In this document: positions 29,311-41,859 of the stretch, one piece after another | Layout: each line of letters opens with the position of its first letter | Numbering within the stretch: position 1 is the first letter of the stretch | Notes under the pieces: generated by a model | What the model was told of the DNA's origin: nothing | The model's input: only the letters and a program-made list of their open reading frames with translations | Databases searched by the model: none | Made by a program: the position numbers and the translations under genes | Assembly: GCA_051294375.1 (NCBI GenBank) | Contig: CM119270.1 | Span: 20,313,695 to 20,377,694 of the forward strand | DNA: 64,000 bases | Direction of reading: 5' to 3' | From: Paraspadella gotoi | Taxonomy: Eukaryota; Animalia; Chaetognatha

Positions 29311-29975
29311 GTCTCTCTCTCTCTCTTCCTCTCCTCCCGTCTCTTCTCTCTCTCTCTCTCGGGCCGTTAAACGAAAAAACAGTGAGTCCGACGATGAGAT
29401 TTATTAAATTTAAAAAGATTTAACTTAACTTTATTTGTTTTCTTTAATTAATGTCACTTTGTCATCGTTTGGATTTTCGAGGTGAGAAGGTGAACCGATT
29501 TTCAAAGGTTTTTCTTGTGTCTGTGACCAGATTCTGAAATTGGGTATCATATTCATATCACATTCATATTATATTCTGTCTAAACAAGCATTGATTGTTA
29601 GCTTTTAAGATAAAATTTTGTTCATTTCCCGATTTAATTTCTGAGAAATCTCTCTAAATATCAATCATTTTTCTTTTTTTTTTATTTCTTGATCTTATCA
29701 AAATTACTATTCACTGCCATTAAAAATTAAAAGATTTCTAGATTTAAAATCCATCAAGATCTCAAATTGAAAAAAAAAATGATGAAAACAATTTTTTTTA
29801 TAAATTCTTTGCCTTTTCTATTAATAGAAAAGGCGATGAAGGTTTAAATTTATTTTATTATTTTTAAAAATTGTTTTCGAATTTTTTTCCCTTTTTTTTT
29901 GTTTCTTTCACAAGCGTCGAAATTCTTTTTTGTCATTCTCTATCCTTTTTTCCTCTCTTTTACCTACCCATATTC

Positions 29976-30079
<104 letters not shown>

Positions 30080-31323
30080 ACTCTCAATCTCTCTCAGACT
30101 CGTCTCTGTCTCGCTCTCAATACCGTCCGTCCTTCATCCTTTCCTTTATCTTCTCCCTCAACTTTTCTTCGTCCCAAAATTTTTGACCCCAACTTTTTTC
30201 CTTTTTTTCTATTTTCCTTTCTTTTCTTTTTTTCTTTTCTTTTTTTGTCTTTTCTCTCCTTTTCTTTTTTTATTTTAAATCTTTCATTTTTTCATCTTTG
30301 TCGTTGTTGTGATTTTTTTCCGCGACTGCGGAACTCGAAGCAAAAAANNNNNNNNNNNNNNNNNNNNNNNNNNNNNNNNNNNNNNNNNNNNNNNNNNNNN
30401 NNNNNNNNNNNNNNNNNNNNNNNNNNNNNNNNNNNNNNNNNNNNNNNNNNNNNNNNNNNNNNNNNNNNNNNNNNNNNNNNNNNNNNNNNNNNNNNNNNNN
30501 NNNNNNNNNNNNNNNNNNNNNNNNNNNNNNNNNNNNNNNNNNNNNNNNNNNNNNNNNNNNNNNNNNNNNNNNNNNNNNNNNNNNNNNNNNNNNNNNNNNN
30601 NNNNNNNNNNNNNNNNNNNNNNNNNNNNNNNNNNNNNNNNNNNNNNNNNNNNNNNNNNNNNNNNNNNNNNNNNNNNNNNNNNNNNNNNNNNNNNNNNNNN
30701 NNNNNNNNNNNNNNNNNNNNNNNNNNNNNNNNNNNNNNNNNNNNNNNNNNNNNNNNNNNNNNNNNNNNNNNNNNNNNNNNNNNNNNNNNNNNNNNNNNNN
30801 NNNNNNNNNNNNNNNNNNNNNNNNNNNNNNNNNNNNNNNNNNNNNNNNNNNNNNNNNNNNNNNNNNNNNNNNNNNNNNNNNNNNNNNNNNNNNNNNNNNN
30901 NNNNNNNNNNNNNNNNNNNNNNNNNNNNNNNNNNNNNNNNNNNNNNNNNNNNNNNNNNNNNNNNNNNNNNNNNNNNNNNNNNNNNNNNNNNNNNNNNNNN
31001 NNNNNNNNNNNNNNNNNNNNNNNNNNNNNNNNNNNNNNNNNNNNNNNNNNNNNNNNNNNNNNNNNNNNNNNNNNNNNNNNNNNNNNNNNNNNNNNNNNNN
31101 NNNNNNNNNNNNNNNGCATAAAAAGAGTTCATAAGAATTTTGAGGATCGAAAAGAAATAGGAAATCAAAGAAAAATTGAATCGTTTATCTCTCCCCCTCT
31201 CCCTCTAACCCCCTCCCCACCCCCCTTAAATTTCCCCAACCACCCCACCCCTTCCCCTCTATCACCAACTACTCTCCTAATCCACTCCACGCCACGCCCA
31301 ACCGTCGATTCTAACCCAATAAC

Positions 31324-31363
<40 letters not shown>

Positions 31364-32453
31364 ATCCCGCTTTTATCTCTCGTCGCAACGAATATTTTTT
31401 TCCGCAAATCTGTCGCTCGTTCACAGTGGGAGTCGAGTTAGTAAATAGCCCGTGACAGATTTCATAATTCATGTCAACTTACATTCAATCATGAGTCTTG
31501 TATTATCTTATGTATAACATGTAGCTCGGTTGTATGAAGATCAATGAAATATTGAAATAATAAACATTTTCTACAATCAATTTTAAAAGAGTTTTTTACA
31601 TTTGCTGATTCTCGGCTAAAATTTTAATGATTTGACCCTCAAACGTGAAAAAAAAGGTTATAAAAGTCCAATGATAATTTAATGTGAATTTCACTCACAC
31701 TTTGGCGTGAATCCTCGAACCTCGAATCCTTGAAATCCGTGAAATCCGTGAAGTTTGGAGGAGAAAATTTTAGTTTTATGAACTCATTTCCAGGTTTGAT
31801 TTCACCATCAACGAATTTTCTCTCTCTCTCTCTCTCTCTCNNNNNNNNNNNNNNNNNNNNNNNNNNNNNNNNNNNNNNNNNNNNNNNNNNNNNNNNNNNN
31901 NNNNNNNNNNNNNNNNNNNNNNNNNNNNNNNNNNNNNNNNNNNNNNNNNNNNNNNNNNNNNNNNNNNNNNNNNNNNNNNNNNNNNNNNNNNNNNNNNNNN
32001 NNNNNNNNNNNNNNNNNNNNNNNNNNAGAGACCGCCACAAAAAAAAGTGTTGCTAATTCAAACGTTAATAGCTTCTTATTGAGAAAGTTGTGTAAGAAAC
32101 GATTCTTGGTTATTCATGGGTTTTTGAAAAGAATCGAATTATGGGATTAAAAGGTAACAGTTATTTAAACAACAACAACAACGACTACTCTCTGAATCAA
32201 ACAATGGAACCGAGGTACAATCGTCATGGCATCGCGTTTCGACCCTAGCAACCCAACGACCGATGGAACAAACTTTTCGGTTCCAATCAGGTTTTTGTTT
32301 TGTTTCTAAAAAAAGAATTTTTTTTCTTTCGTTTTGTTTCGTTGAATGAAATCTTAGGTTCAGATGGATGACCATGAATTTTTTTTTTCTCCTGAGACTT
32401 GGAACAATTTTTCGGTCAGCTGTTGGGGGATGGACTAAAGTGGATGAAAATGA

Positions 32454-32463
32454 AGACGACGAC

Positions 32464-32495
<32 letters not shown>

Positions 32496-32505
32496 CGACG
32501 TCGAC
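32454..32505 (+). repeat. (GAC)n microsatellite
   Basis: gacgacgac...acaacgacgac run. Confidence 0.9.
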
Positions 32506-34289
32506 AATAACTATGATTTCGTTGCAGTCAAAGAGAATGAGGAAACGAGGTCAGTACAATAAATGCGGAATATTGGTTCTGCTTATGTTGNNNNNNNNNN
32601 NNNNNNNNNNNNNNNNNNNNNNNNNNNNNNNNNNNNNNNNNNNNNNNNNNNNNNNNNNNNNNNNNNNNNNNNNNNNNNNNNNNNNNNNNNNNNNNNNNNN
32701 NNNNNNNNNNNNNNNNNNNNNNNNNNNNNNNNNNNNNNNNNNNNNNNNNNNNNNNNNNNNNNNTGATCGAGATGAATTCGGCAAGAAAAAATCCATCGCA
32801 TCCACCAATGATCCGGATTTACAACCTTCTGGTTCCATTGCATTGCATTCCAGGACAAAGAAGAAGAGAAGGCGAGAGTGAACGACAGACGTTGAACAAA
32901 GAGACCGGTCAGATTACCTTGAGACAGNNNNNNNNNNNNNNNNNNNNNNNNNNNNNNNNNNNNNNNNNNNNNNNNNNNNNNNNNNNNNNNNNNNNNNNNN
33001 NNNNNNNNNNNNNNNNNNNNNNNNNNNNNNNNNNNNNNNNNNNNNNNNNNNNNNNNNNNNNNNNNNNNNNNNNNNNNNNNNNNNNNNNNNNNNAGCCAGA
33101 CGGGCTCGGATTCGGGTTACCTCTTCGAATTTCCCTTAATCGCTTTTACGGTGGCACGAGAGTGAATTCTCGTTGGGGAGAGAAAAAAAAAGAGGGAGAA
33201 AGGAAAAGAAAGGATAAGAAAAGGAAAAGAAAAGGAAAAGATAGAGAAAAAAAAGACAGAAAAATAAACTGTTATTCTTTGGAAAATAAATAAAATGTTA
33301 TGCTTTGGACCTTAAAAGAAATTCTGTGACAAGAATTAAAATTACTTTAACGTTAAACAACAAAAAAACATAATTTTTACAATATTTATTATGAAAAACA
33401 ATATATTTTTTTTAAATTAACCCCCCACCTCGCCCTCACAAGCTCCTCGTCCTTCTCTCCCTCGTCCGCTCTTCACCTTAAGTCCTTTGTCCGCTTCCTC
33501 GAGGCGATTCGCCCGTCTGGTGTCCGACTCGACTTTCCTTTGTCCGACTCAAGAGTCACACGTCCTTCGTCCGTTCGTTTCCTTCGCCCGGTGCCACGCG
33601 TCTCCTCAACAATTTCTTTGTCAGCTTCATTCTCCCCCGCGGCCCCCTGAACGTCTGGACACTCTGCCCCTTTGCCCGGCGCCCAACGTCCCTGGCACGC
33701 GGCCATCAAAAGCCTTTGCGGCTCATTTTTTTACAGCCCGAGGGGATCGGCCCTTCTGTTTGCGTGGATTCCCTTGTACGCAACAAATATCTCTTATGTT
33801 TCCGGACGATCAACTAAGTGCAATNNNNNNNNNNNNNNNNNNNNNNNNNNNNNNNNNNNNNNNNNNNNNNNNNNNNNNNNNNNNNNNNNNNNNNNNNNNN
33901 NNNNNNNNNNNNNNNNNNNNNNNNNNNNNNNNNNNNNNNNNNNNNNNNNNNNNNNNNNNNNNNNNNNNNNNNNNNNNNNTCAAACTTTGCTTTGTTTAAA
34001 ATTTATTGGTCCGTTTGAAGTCTCTGAATTCGAACCCTCTCTCTCTCTCTTTCTCCATCGATCTTTCTTTCTCTCTCTCTTTCTCCCTATCTCTCTCTCT
34101 ATCTTTCCGCTTCTACGACTCCCAATCTGTCCCAACGCCGCCACCAGTTTCTGCCTCGCGGCGTCACGTGTTAATCGCACGCAGCGCCACGTGCGTGCGA
34201 GTATCGATTACGCGACGGGTCTCACGTGCGAAGGGAGACCGAGCGACGGTGGGGACGCGAGGCCTGAGTTTCTCTCCTCTCTCTCTCTC

Positions 34290-34321
<32 letters not shown>

Positions 34322-36644
34322 CCTCTTCTTTCTCTCTCCTCTCCTGGTCTGCGTCTGTCCGTCCTCTCATCTTTGTCATCGCGCGACAAGAAAAAATCAA
34401 CTTATCTTCTTTTTAAATGTCCGATTTTTCAATCCAATTTTCGATTTTGAGGCCAAAATTATCGATGTTGCCAAAAAAAAAATTTGAGAAAATCTATATT
34501 CGAAAATCAATTTCGCTGAATAATCCCCCTCTCTCTCTCTCTGTCGTATCTCGCTCCAAACCTTGAAAATAAAAATCCGGCAAAGAAATTTCGTTGCCGG
34601 AATAAAAAAATAAATTAATTCAGTTTTGGTTTTGTGAAAAACTATATAAGATACACAAAAATAAAATTATTAAAAAAATTTGTGAATTGTTTATATCATT
34701 CATCAAATTTTTTTATCCGAGACCAGTTAGATGTTTTCTGACAGAATAGAAAAAAACAAAAAAAAAGAAAAAATTAGAAAATAAATGTTTAAATAATTCG
34801 GGGGGAAAATGAATTTGTAACTTTCAGCTTTTGAATGAGAATGAAATGGCCGCAGCGCAGCGCGGCCAAGGCGGAGGCGGCGTCTACGGTGGCGGGGGGC
34901 GTGTTATTGTCACGTCACAAAAGTTTGTTTCTTTCTTTTTTTATTTTTAAAAAAAAAAAAGGAAAAAGTTAAAATCTACGCATGACGTCTTCTTAGTTCT
35001 TTGAATATCATTTGAAACAAAAGCGTGAATCACTTAGTGAATCACTTAGATGACACTTATGCTTAGTCCAAGCGCCCCCCACACCTCTCCTTCCTATTCT
35101 CTGGACATCACTTTCCTTTTCTTGAATTTTTTCATAAAAAAATTATTTTTCCTTAAAATTCACCATTATTCTTCTTATCTCATAAAGTTTTTCAATCACA
35201 ACAAAATTAACGCAAAACTTTCATTTATTTTTAATTATCTCTGAATTATGTTAAAAGGAGTTTTAAATTTATTTACTTTCTCACTTTTAGCATTCAAAAA
35301 TCGAACACCTCAACTTTCTTAATCTCTACATCCTTAAGCACACCATCAACCTCTCGCGAGCACCATCCATCCAACCGGACGTCGAACACAGGAAAAAAAA
35401 AAGAAGGAAAAAAAAATAAAGAAAAAAAAAAAATTAAAAAACAATTCGCCTTCCTCCTCCTAGTCGTTCTTTCTCACCACATTTTTTTTCTCCTCGCCAA
35501 CTTCCTTCCTCTATTGCCTTCCCTCATCTTCTCTCTCCTCCTCTCTGCTCTCTCCTTCTCCTCTCTCTCTCTCCTGCTCCAACCACTCCTCTCTCTCTCT
35601 CATTCTTCATCATTTCGCCGTTTCCATCTCATGTTACGTACAGCACGAGTACACGGTTCCTAAATCGCACAAACCTGCCACCCTCCCCTGCGAGGTACAG
35701 GTGAGGATGACCGTAAACCCTCAAGTCCTCGTTCCATGCCCTGACCCTTCTAAGCCTCAGGGGGCCACAGAAGTTGCGGATAAGTCTTCAGCCCACTTAG
35801 TCGCCTTACCCCACATATATTAATTAATTATTATCATTTAATCGTTGTCTCGTAGTCTAGCTCGATAAACTCAATGCTACGAGCAGGTTAATCGGCTCGT
35901 CCCACCGTAACTTCCTAAGCAGCCACAGAGCTCGATCCCCGGACCTTAAATAATAAACTTTCCATCGGCTCCAAGAAACATCCTCTCGTCGAATGTTCGG
36001 CCTTAATCGTACAGTCATTATTCCATGTCAACTTATTACCAGTAAAATTAACTACAAACTATATGAGATAGTAAACTACAATTGCATTATAAGTAAACCA
36101 AATCTTACCCCACACTCCAGGCCTCAGCATAAACCTCACGATCTCTCCACCCTCCTAACTATCTTCCCGTCCCATGGATTGCTCTCTCAGCGAAGTCCAT
36201 CCTGGCCACAGAGCGCGCCTTCCGGGCGCCCGCCGAAGAACCAGCCGTCGCCGCCATTGGATCCGTAGCGCCGCTAGAGTTCGCGCGTTTTGACGACCGC
36301 CTTTTTCGTCGTCAAGAAGGTCGTCCGTAACAGACAGCCAGTCGTCCAGGTGAGATCTTTAAAGATTGAACGCGCTGGAAAGGCGCGCCGCTGCAGCTTG
36401 AGCGCGGAACGGCAGGCCGCGAGCGCGCGATGCGGGAAAATGGGCGAGGAGAGAGTATGCAGAGGGAGAGAGAGAAAAAAAAAGAGGATGAGAAGAGATC
36501 ATGATAAATGGAAGAATCTCGAAGTCAAGAAAATGAAAAAAAGAAAAGAGATTTTCAATAAAAGCTATGCCATCGGCAACGAAGAAACGTGCTTTTTTAA
36601 CGACTTGCGTTGCATGAAATAAGATATTTCAATTATTTAATTTT

Positions 36645-36920
36645 AATATGGGGTATTTTAACCAGTATTTTTTTAATTTTTACATTTATTTTTTTCAATT
36701 TTATAAATGCGGTTTAACAGTATTTTTTATTACATTTATTTTTTTTTCCATTTATAGATTGAGGTTTAACATATTTTTTTTTATTTACACTTTTTTTCAT
36801 TTTATTATGGGGTTTTCAACATATTTTTTTAATTTTACATTGTATTTTTTTCACTTTTATTATTGGGGTCAACAGTTTTTTATTTATTTACATTTTATTT
36901 CTGTGGGTTTAAACAGATTT
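36645..36920 (+). repeat. ~50-bp T-rich minisatellite x~5 (noisy)
   Basis: Recurring ggtttaaca(g)tattttttt..ttacattt..ttttttcatttta units. Confidence 0.65.
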
Positions 36921-37882
36921 TTTCTTTCCTTATATTACATACGATCTCTGATGGATCTGTTGCTTATGAAGTCTTTCATAATTGTTTTACGACTAGCATT
37001 GTTTGTTCTATAAAATGCAGATTTTTTTCTTATCATTAGATTAAAACAAAATAAAAAGTGTGAAAAGCAAAATAATTTAATAGATTTGTCGAAAATTGAG
37101 CAATATGAACGTATAAATATAATTATAGTATATTTTACTGGTTTATATTTTTCTCTTTCATATTTAATATTAACACTCTTGTTATTTTAATTCCTGAGTT
37201 TTGTTATCTGTACCGCTGACAAAGAAGCAGAAAATATGAAGAGTAAGAAATGCTAGACGCGAACAAAAAATAAAGACGTGGTGAGATGTCAGACTAATGT
37301 CAATAGCCGAGAGAGAAAGCGAGCGGATAGTTGAAGCGATCTTCGATATGTAGAAGCAGGTGGAGAATTGCGACCCGAGAGGTAATTCGCGTGCGAGAAA
37401 ACTCGCCGAGCGCTCTCAAAAAGCGCGTAAAAGTTTGCCGAGATAGTAATCTAAAAAATTATAAAGAAACAAACAGAAAAAAAAAATCGTAACAGTCACA
37501 TTAAAATACATAACAATTTACATGTTAAGTATACATATTTGAAAAAAAATTGGATGTTCGAGTTCGAACCGAAACAGTTTATCAACATTATTTTATATCT
37601 AAGACAATATAGATAATAAATAAAACGAACAAAAAAAGAAATCTACACGTGTTAAAAAAACCCTAAGTAAATTTTTTCACAATTATTAATTTTATATGCT
37701 ATATGCATTTTATAAATTTGCTTAGTGACAAAAACACTTTAGCAAAAATCGTAACAAATATTATTTCGAAAAAAACAAAAGGACAAATCACCGAATTTTC
37801 TCAATTGAGTCGAAGCGACGACTTAAATAGTTTTCTATGAGACGCGAAAAAAAACGCGCAAGACAGACACGATCGCGTTCAT

Positions 37883-37922
<40 letters not shown>

Positions 37923-38573
37923 CTTCCTCTCTCTTTCTCGTCTCTCTCTCTTCCACTTTCTCCCTTTTTTCGTCACACATGGAATAATTTAACAATTGGC
38001 GCGGCTGGAAAACAACCAAGGATGGAAAAATGTATCACCATGTCATGCACTCATCGATATGAATTATGATGTATCATTATATATGTTAGAAAACTATGGA
38101 AATTAATCTAAACTTTTGTCTTTGTAGCATTCCCCCTTATTTCCAAAAGACAACACACTCCCATCCCAAAATGCCATATTTATTAATATAATATATATTA
38201 TGCGAATCCCAAATCGCCTCCCGTATATAGCTTGTGAAATCTCAGCTCGTCCCATTGGCTTTGACACGGACAGCTAGTACTCTTTCACAACCGTGATCCG
38301 TTCAAGCCCTCAGTCACGCTGGTTAAAGTGTGATTGGTTGGCATTTAACACGCCAGATATGGCTATGTCCTACAGTCCTAACCCTGGAGCGCCAGCTGGC
38401 GGAACCCTCACACCCCTCATCATTAATGTCTCCGCATTGCCATAATATAATGTAAATATTCATTTAATAACATTTATAGGAAAAAAAACCCAAAATAATA
38501 AGGAAAACATACATAATTGAATTTTCACAAGTTAAAAATATGATCAATTCTTTATATTGACCACCCCAAGTGT

Positions 38574-38760
38574 GTTGGGCCAACTCGGATACGTACTCTA
38601 ATACCGGCTGACCCTGTGAGGACGCCGTGCAAGAAGACTGAGCGCCCTCCGAGCTCAAATCAGTTTAATATTCGGCCCGCAGTCCCAGACCGTATCGATA
38701 TTAAGCTGATAAGGAAACAGATAACTACACTTTGATCTTAGCCAAAAGGCGAGAAGCGAT
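38574..38760 (-). ncRNA. U2: U2 spliceosomal snRNA
   Basis: The reverse complement begins ATCGCTTCTCGCCTTTTGGCTAAGATCAAAGTGTAGTTATCTGTTTCCTTATCAGCTTAATATCGATACG. This is the U2 5' stem and branch-point recognition region GTGTAGTA, with small indels. An Sm-site-like ACTGATTTG follows, then 3' stem-loop IV CCGGTATTAGAGTAC..GGCCCAAC like arthropod U2. Length about 187 nt. The indels fit the noisy local sequence, so gene versus pseudogene cannot be decided. Confidence 0.92.
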
Positions 38761-38810
38761 GTGCAACTGCAATTGTTTTAATTTGTTTCTTGTATTAATC
38801 CTTATAATCT

Positions 38811-39031
38811 CAACTTACACCGGTAGAATTAACGGAAGTTTATCAATGATTTAAACCCTGTTAGAAGTATTAATTTTAAAGACAAATATACATTGTTTTC
38901 GTTTAAACAAAGTGAATAAATTTAATTTCTACAGTTTGATATTAAATACCTATAATAATCGACTTAATAGTTCTAATCTTTCTTGTCAAACATGTCTAAG
39001 GACTCCTAAATTTCTATAGCTATATGCAAAT
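38811..39031 (-). promoter_or_regulatory. Putative U2 snRNA promoter: PSE-like element and distal octamer
   Basis: On the minus strand, TAATTCTACCGGTGTAAGTTG lies at about -71 to -51; insect PSEA elements start TAATTC. A perfect octamer ATGCAAAT sits at 39024-39031, about 265-270 nt upstream of U2 +1, where snRNA distal sequence elements are typically found. Confidence 0.4.
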
Positions 39032-41859
39032 TAGCCGGGGCCAACAAACTCGCAAACAAATGACACTTCAACCATTAACATTCGAATCATAAAATAAAAC
39101 GCAACTTGTAAGTAATTTTTTTTAATCCGAAGTGTACATAAACGCAAATGTTTAAAACAAACGATAATAATTAAACAATTTATTTACAATAAATTACATA
39201 ATATTGAGATGTATATTACATTATCTATTTTCGTTAAGATAGCGGCGAAAGGGAAAAAGCGGGCGCGATTCAAAGTTAAGGTCAAACATAAATGGAATGA
39301 TTGATTCACATGAGTTGATATGAAATGATGATGTTTTTGTATCTTTTGTTGTTTGTTTTTTGTAGGAAACAGAAAGACGAACCATGAATCTTGATGATCA
39401 CTGACCAAATGAACGAAGAAAAATTGGAGGTAAAACTTTTCTGCGTCAAAACATTCATGCAAGAGACAGAATTATTGAAATTAAAAAAACATGCAAATTG
39501 ACAGATTTTGTTAAATTTAAAATTGCAAAATGACATGATACTTATGGGTAGAAAATTGCGCATTACAAATAAATCAAATTGATTGCGTTGAATATTTGTT
39601 TTGTTTTGAAAGAAATTAAGCTCAAAAGCTTGATGAGAGATGAGAAGAGAGAAGAGAACAGAGAGAGAAGAGAAATGAGAAGAGAGAGAGAGAGATATTG
39701 CAGAACCCAACAAGAGACCAGATCGTCACTGAATTTGTCGTCGGTACCAGGGCGCCAAGAACAACAACGAAGAATAACATAAAAATAAGTAAAAATGAAA
39801 AAAAAAGCCAAATAAATGAGGAGAAATTAAGAGAGACAAGTCAATCTATCTCTTTTAGTAATTATTTTAAAAAAAAAATATGCGAAACAAAACATTACAT
39901 TGAAAAAGAAAGGAGATTTTAAGCCATAAATGCGACGTTAATCCGGTTAACACCAACGTAAACATAATTTAATAGTAAAAAAAAATTATAAAAATATATA
40001 TAATATAAATCCGTTGTTCTTTTTTCCTTTGGTTAGTTTTACAACTAGAGAGTACGCGCGTCGAGGAGGCGGATGAATTCGAGTTCTTTCCCTACCGCAG
40101 CTGCTCAGACCCGCTACCCGTTGCGCAGATGCATGCACGCAGCCGCCGCAGCCCGCGACTTGAGATGTTCCTCTCATTTCCTACGTTGACGTTTTTGGTT
40201 TTAGTTTCCATGACGAAATTGTAGTTTCATAGATTTGGAGAGAATTAAAAAAAGGTAATTTTGGGATCTTATTTACCCCAGAACGCCGCATTTCATCTTA
40301 AATTTGGCAATTGTCTTTTTTTAGATTTAAGTTTAGGATAGCGATATAGGATACGAGTAGGGTTCAGGTTAGCAGTTATAGCGTTTTATACTTAATATTA
40401 AAGTTTAATAAGATAAATTTCAAAGGAAACAGTGAACTTTTCGTTGATATTTTGTATTTCTTCAAAGACTTTGTGAAAAACTCATTTATTCAATGAAATC
40501 CCGAAAATATTTTTTTCGTTGTTAAATTGTAACAAAATACGATTATACCGAGCCAATCCCATTCTTACACCTTCACTATACGATTCGCCAACTTACCCTT
40601 TCAAATTTTTCTTTTCCAGTAGATTTAATAAAGGTGAAACTTTAAGTCTTAACTTTAGCGGATTATATTGTTGTATTAGTGTTCCTAGAGACGCATACCT
40701 TAGTAATATGTTTTTACAATTTTAAGAAAAAGTGAGGAAACAGATCGAGGCGCTTACGAAAATTTCGTCTTCACCTCAGATGTGAAAAAGCGAGTAGGAG
40801 TCCGCCGAAAGCCAGATCTCCGGCGACGGTCACACCGGACAAATTCGCCGATATAACTGCCCGAGGCCTTGGGCGCCGCCGCGCCGCCGCGCCGCCGACG
40901 CCGCCGCCGCCGACGCCGAATGTCGCTCGATCGCAAAAGCTTCGCTGCAACTCGAGTCGAATAACCGGATATAGGCTCGCGGCGGTGCGTCGTCGACGGC
41001 TCAGTGGTGAAGTACTTCTCGCGATGGCGAGCCAATAACACGAGTTTGCCACTCGATGCGTTGTCTCAAAAAATTTGAGATATCGCCATGAGGAACAGTT
41101 ATTAAGATATCTTCTTTATCATACTGCAACGCTACCCTGGCCCGAACAAATACCGACAATTTGTACCGGTGCTCGCTTTTTCTTTATAGTAACGTGTGAT
41201 GTGAGAGGGTCCTTCCTCTGCTCCATCGGTCTGAAGCTGAGTAGTATCTTTATACGGCTCGTCTCGTCAATATTCTGATGGTAAGGGGGCATGAGTTACT
41301 CGCATGGGCGGCTCAAGCTCTTGCTCGGAGATCATGCGACTTAAAATAGACCCGCAGACGCTTAAAGTACAACGCTATAGAGCAGAACGAGCTCATTGTC
41401 TCCGTGTAAAGAAGATCGAAATGAGAAAATCTTTTTTAAGAACGAAGACACAGTGTGGCAACAACCGATTTTGTTGTTTGCTAGGCAGTGTTAAGTAAAA
41501 TAAGATAAAGAAGCTGTAGTGTGAGATAAAAAAAAAGGACAGGGGTGGAAAGGCAGTCGGCTGTGTAGTTCCCATGTAAAGAAAAGAAAGGATGTGATAA
41601 AAAAAAAAAAAAAAAGGTAGTGCTGCTAATAAGGAGCGGGAAAAACATTTTAAGCTTAAAGTAAAGGAAAGTTAAAATGGTATTTAAATAAACGTTTAAT
41701 ACTAAAGCTGTATCGGAGTCCAAGGGAGAGGTGTGGGCAGAACGAATCTCACAAAATGTATGTTCGAGGAAGGTAATTCCTGACCAATAGAATTCACAGC
41801 AACGGACTTAAAAAACAATATTGGTGTCGGCTGAGTGTAAAATTTACACGCTCCCCTCC

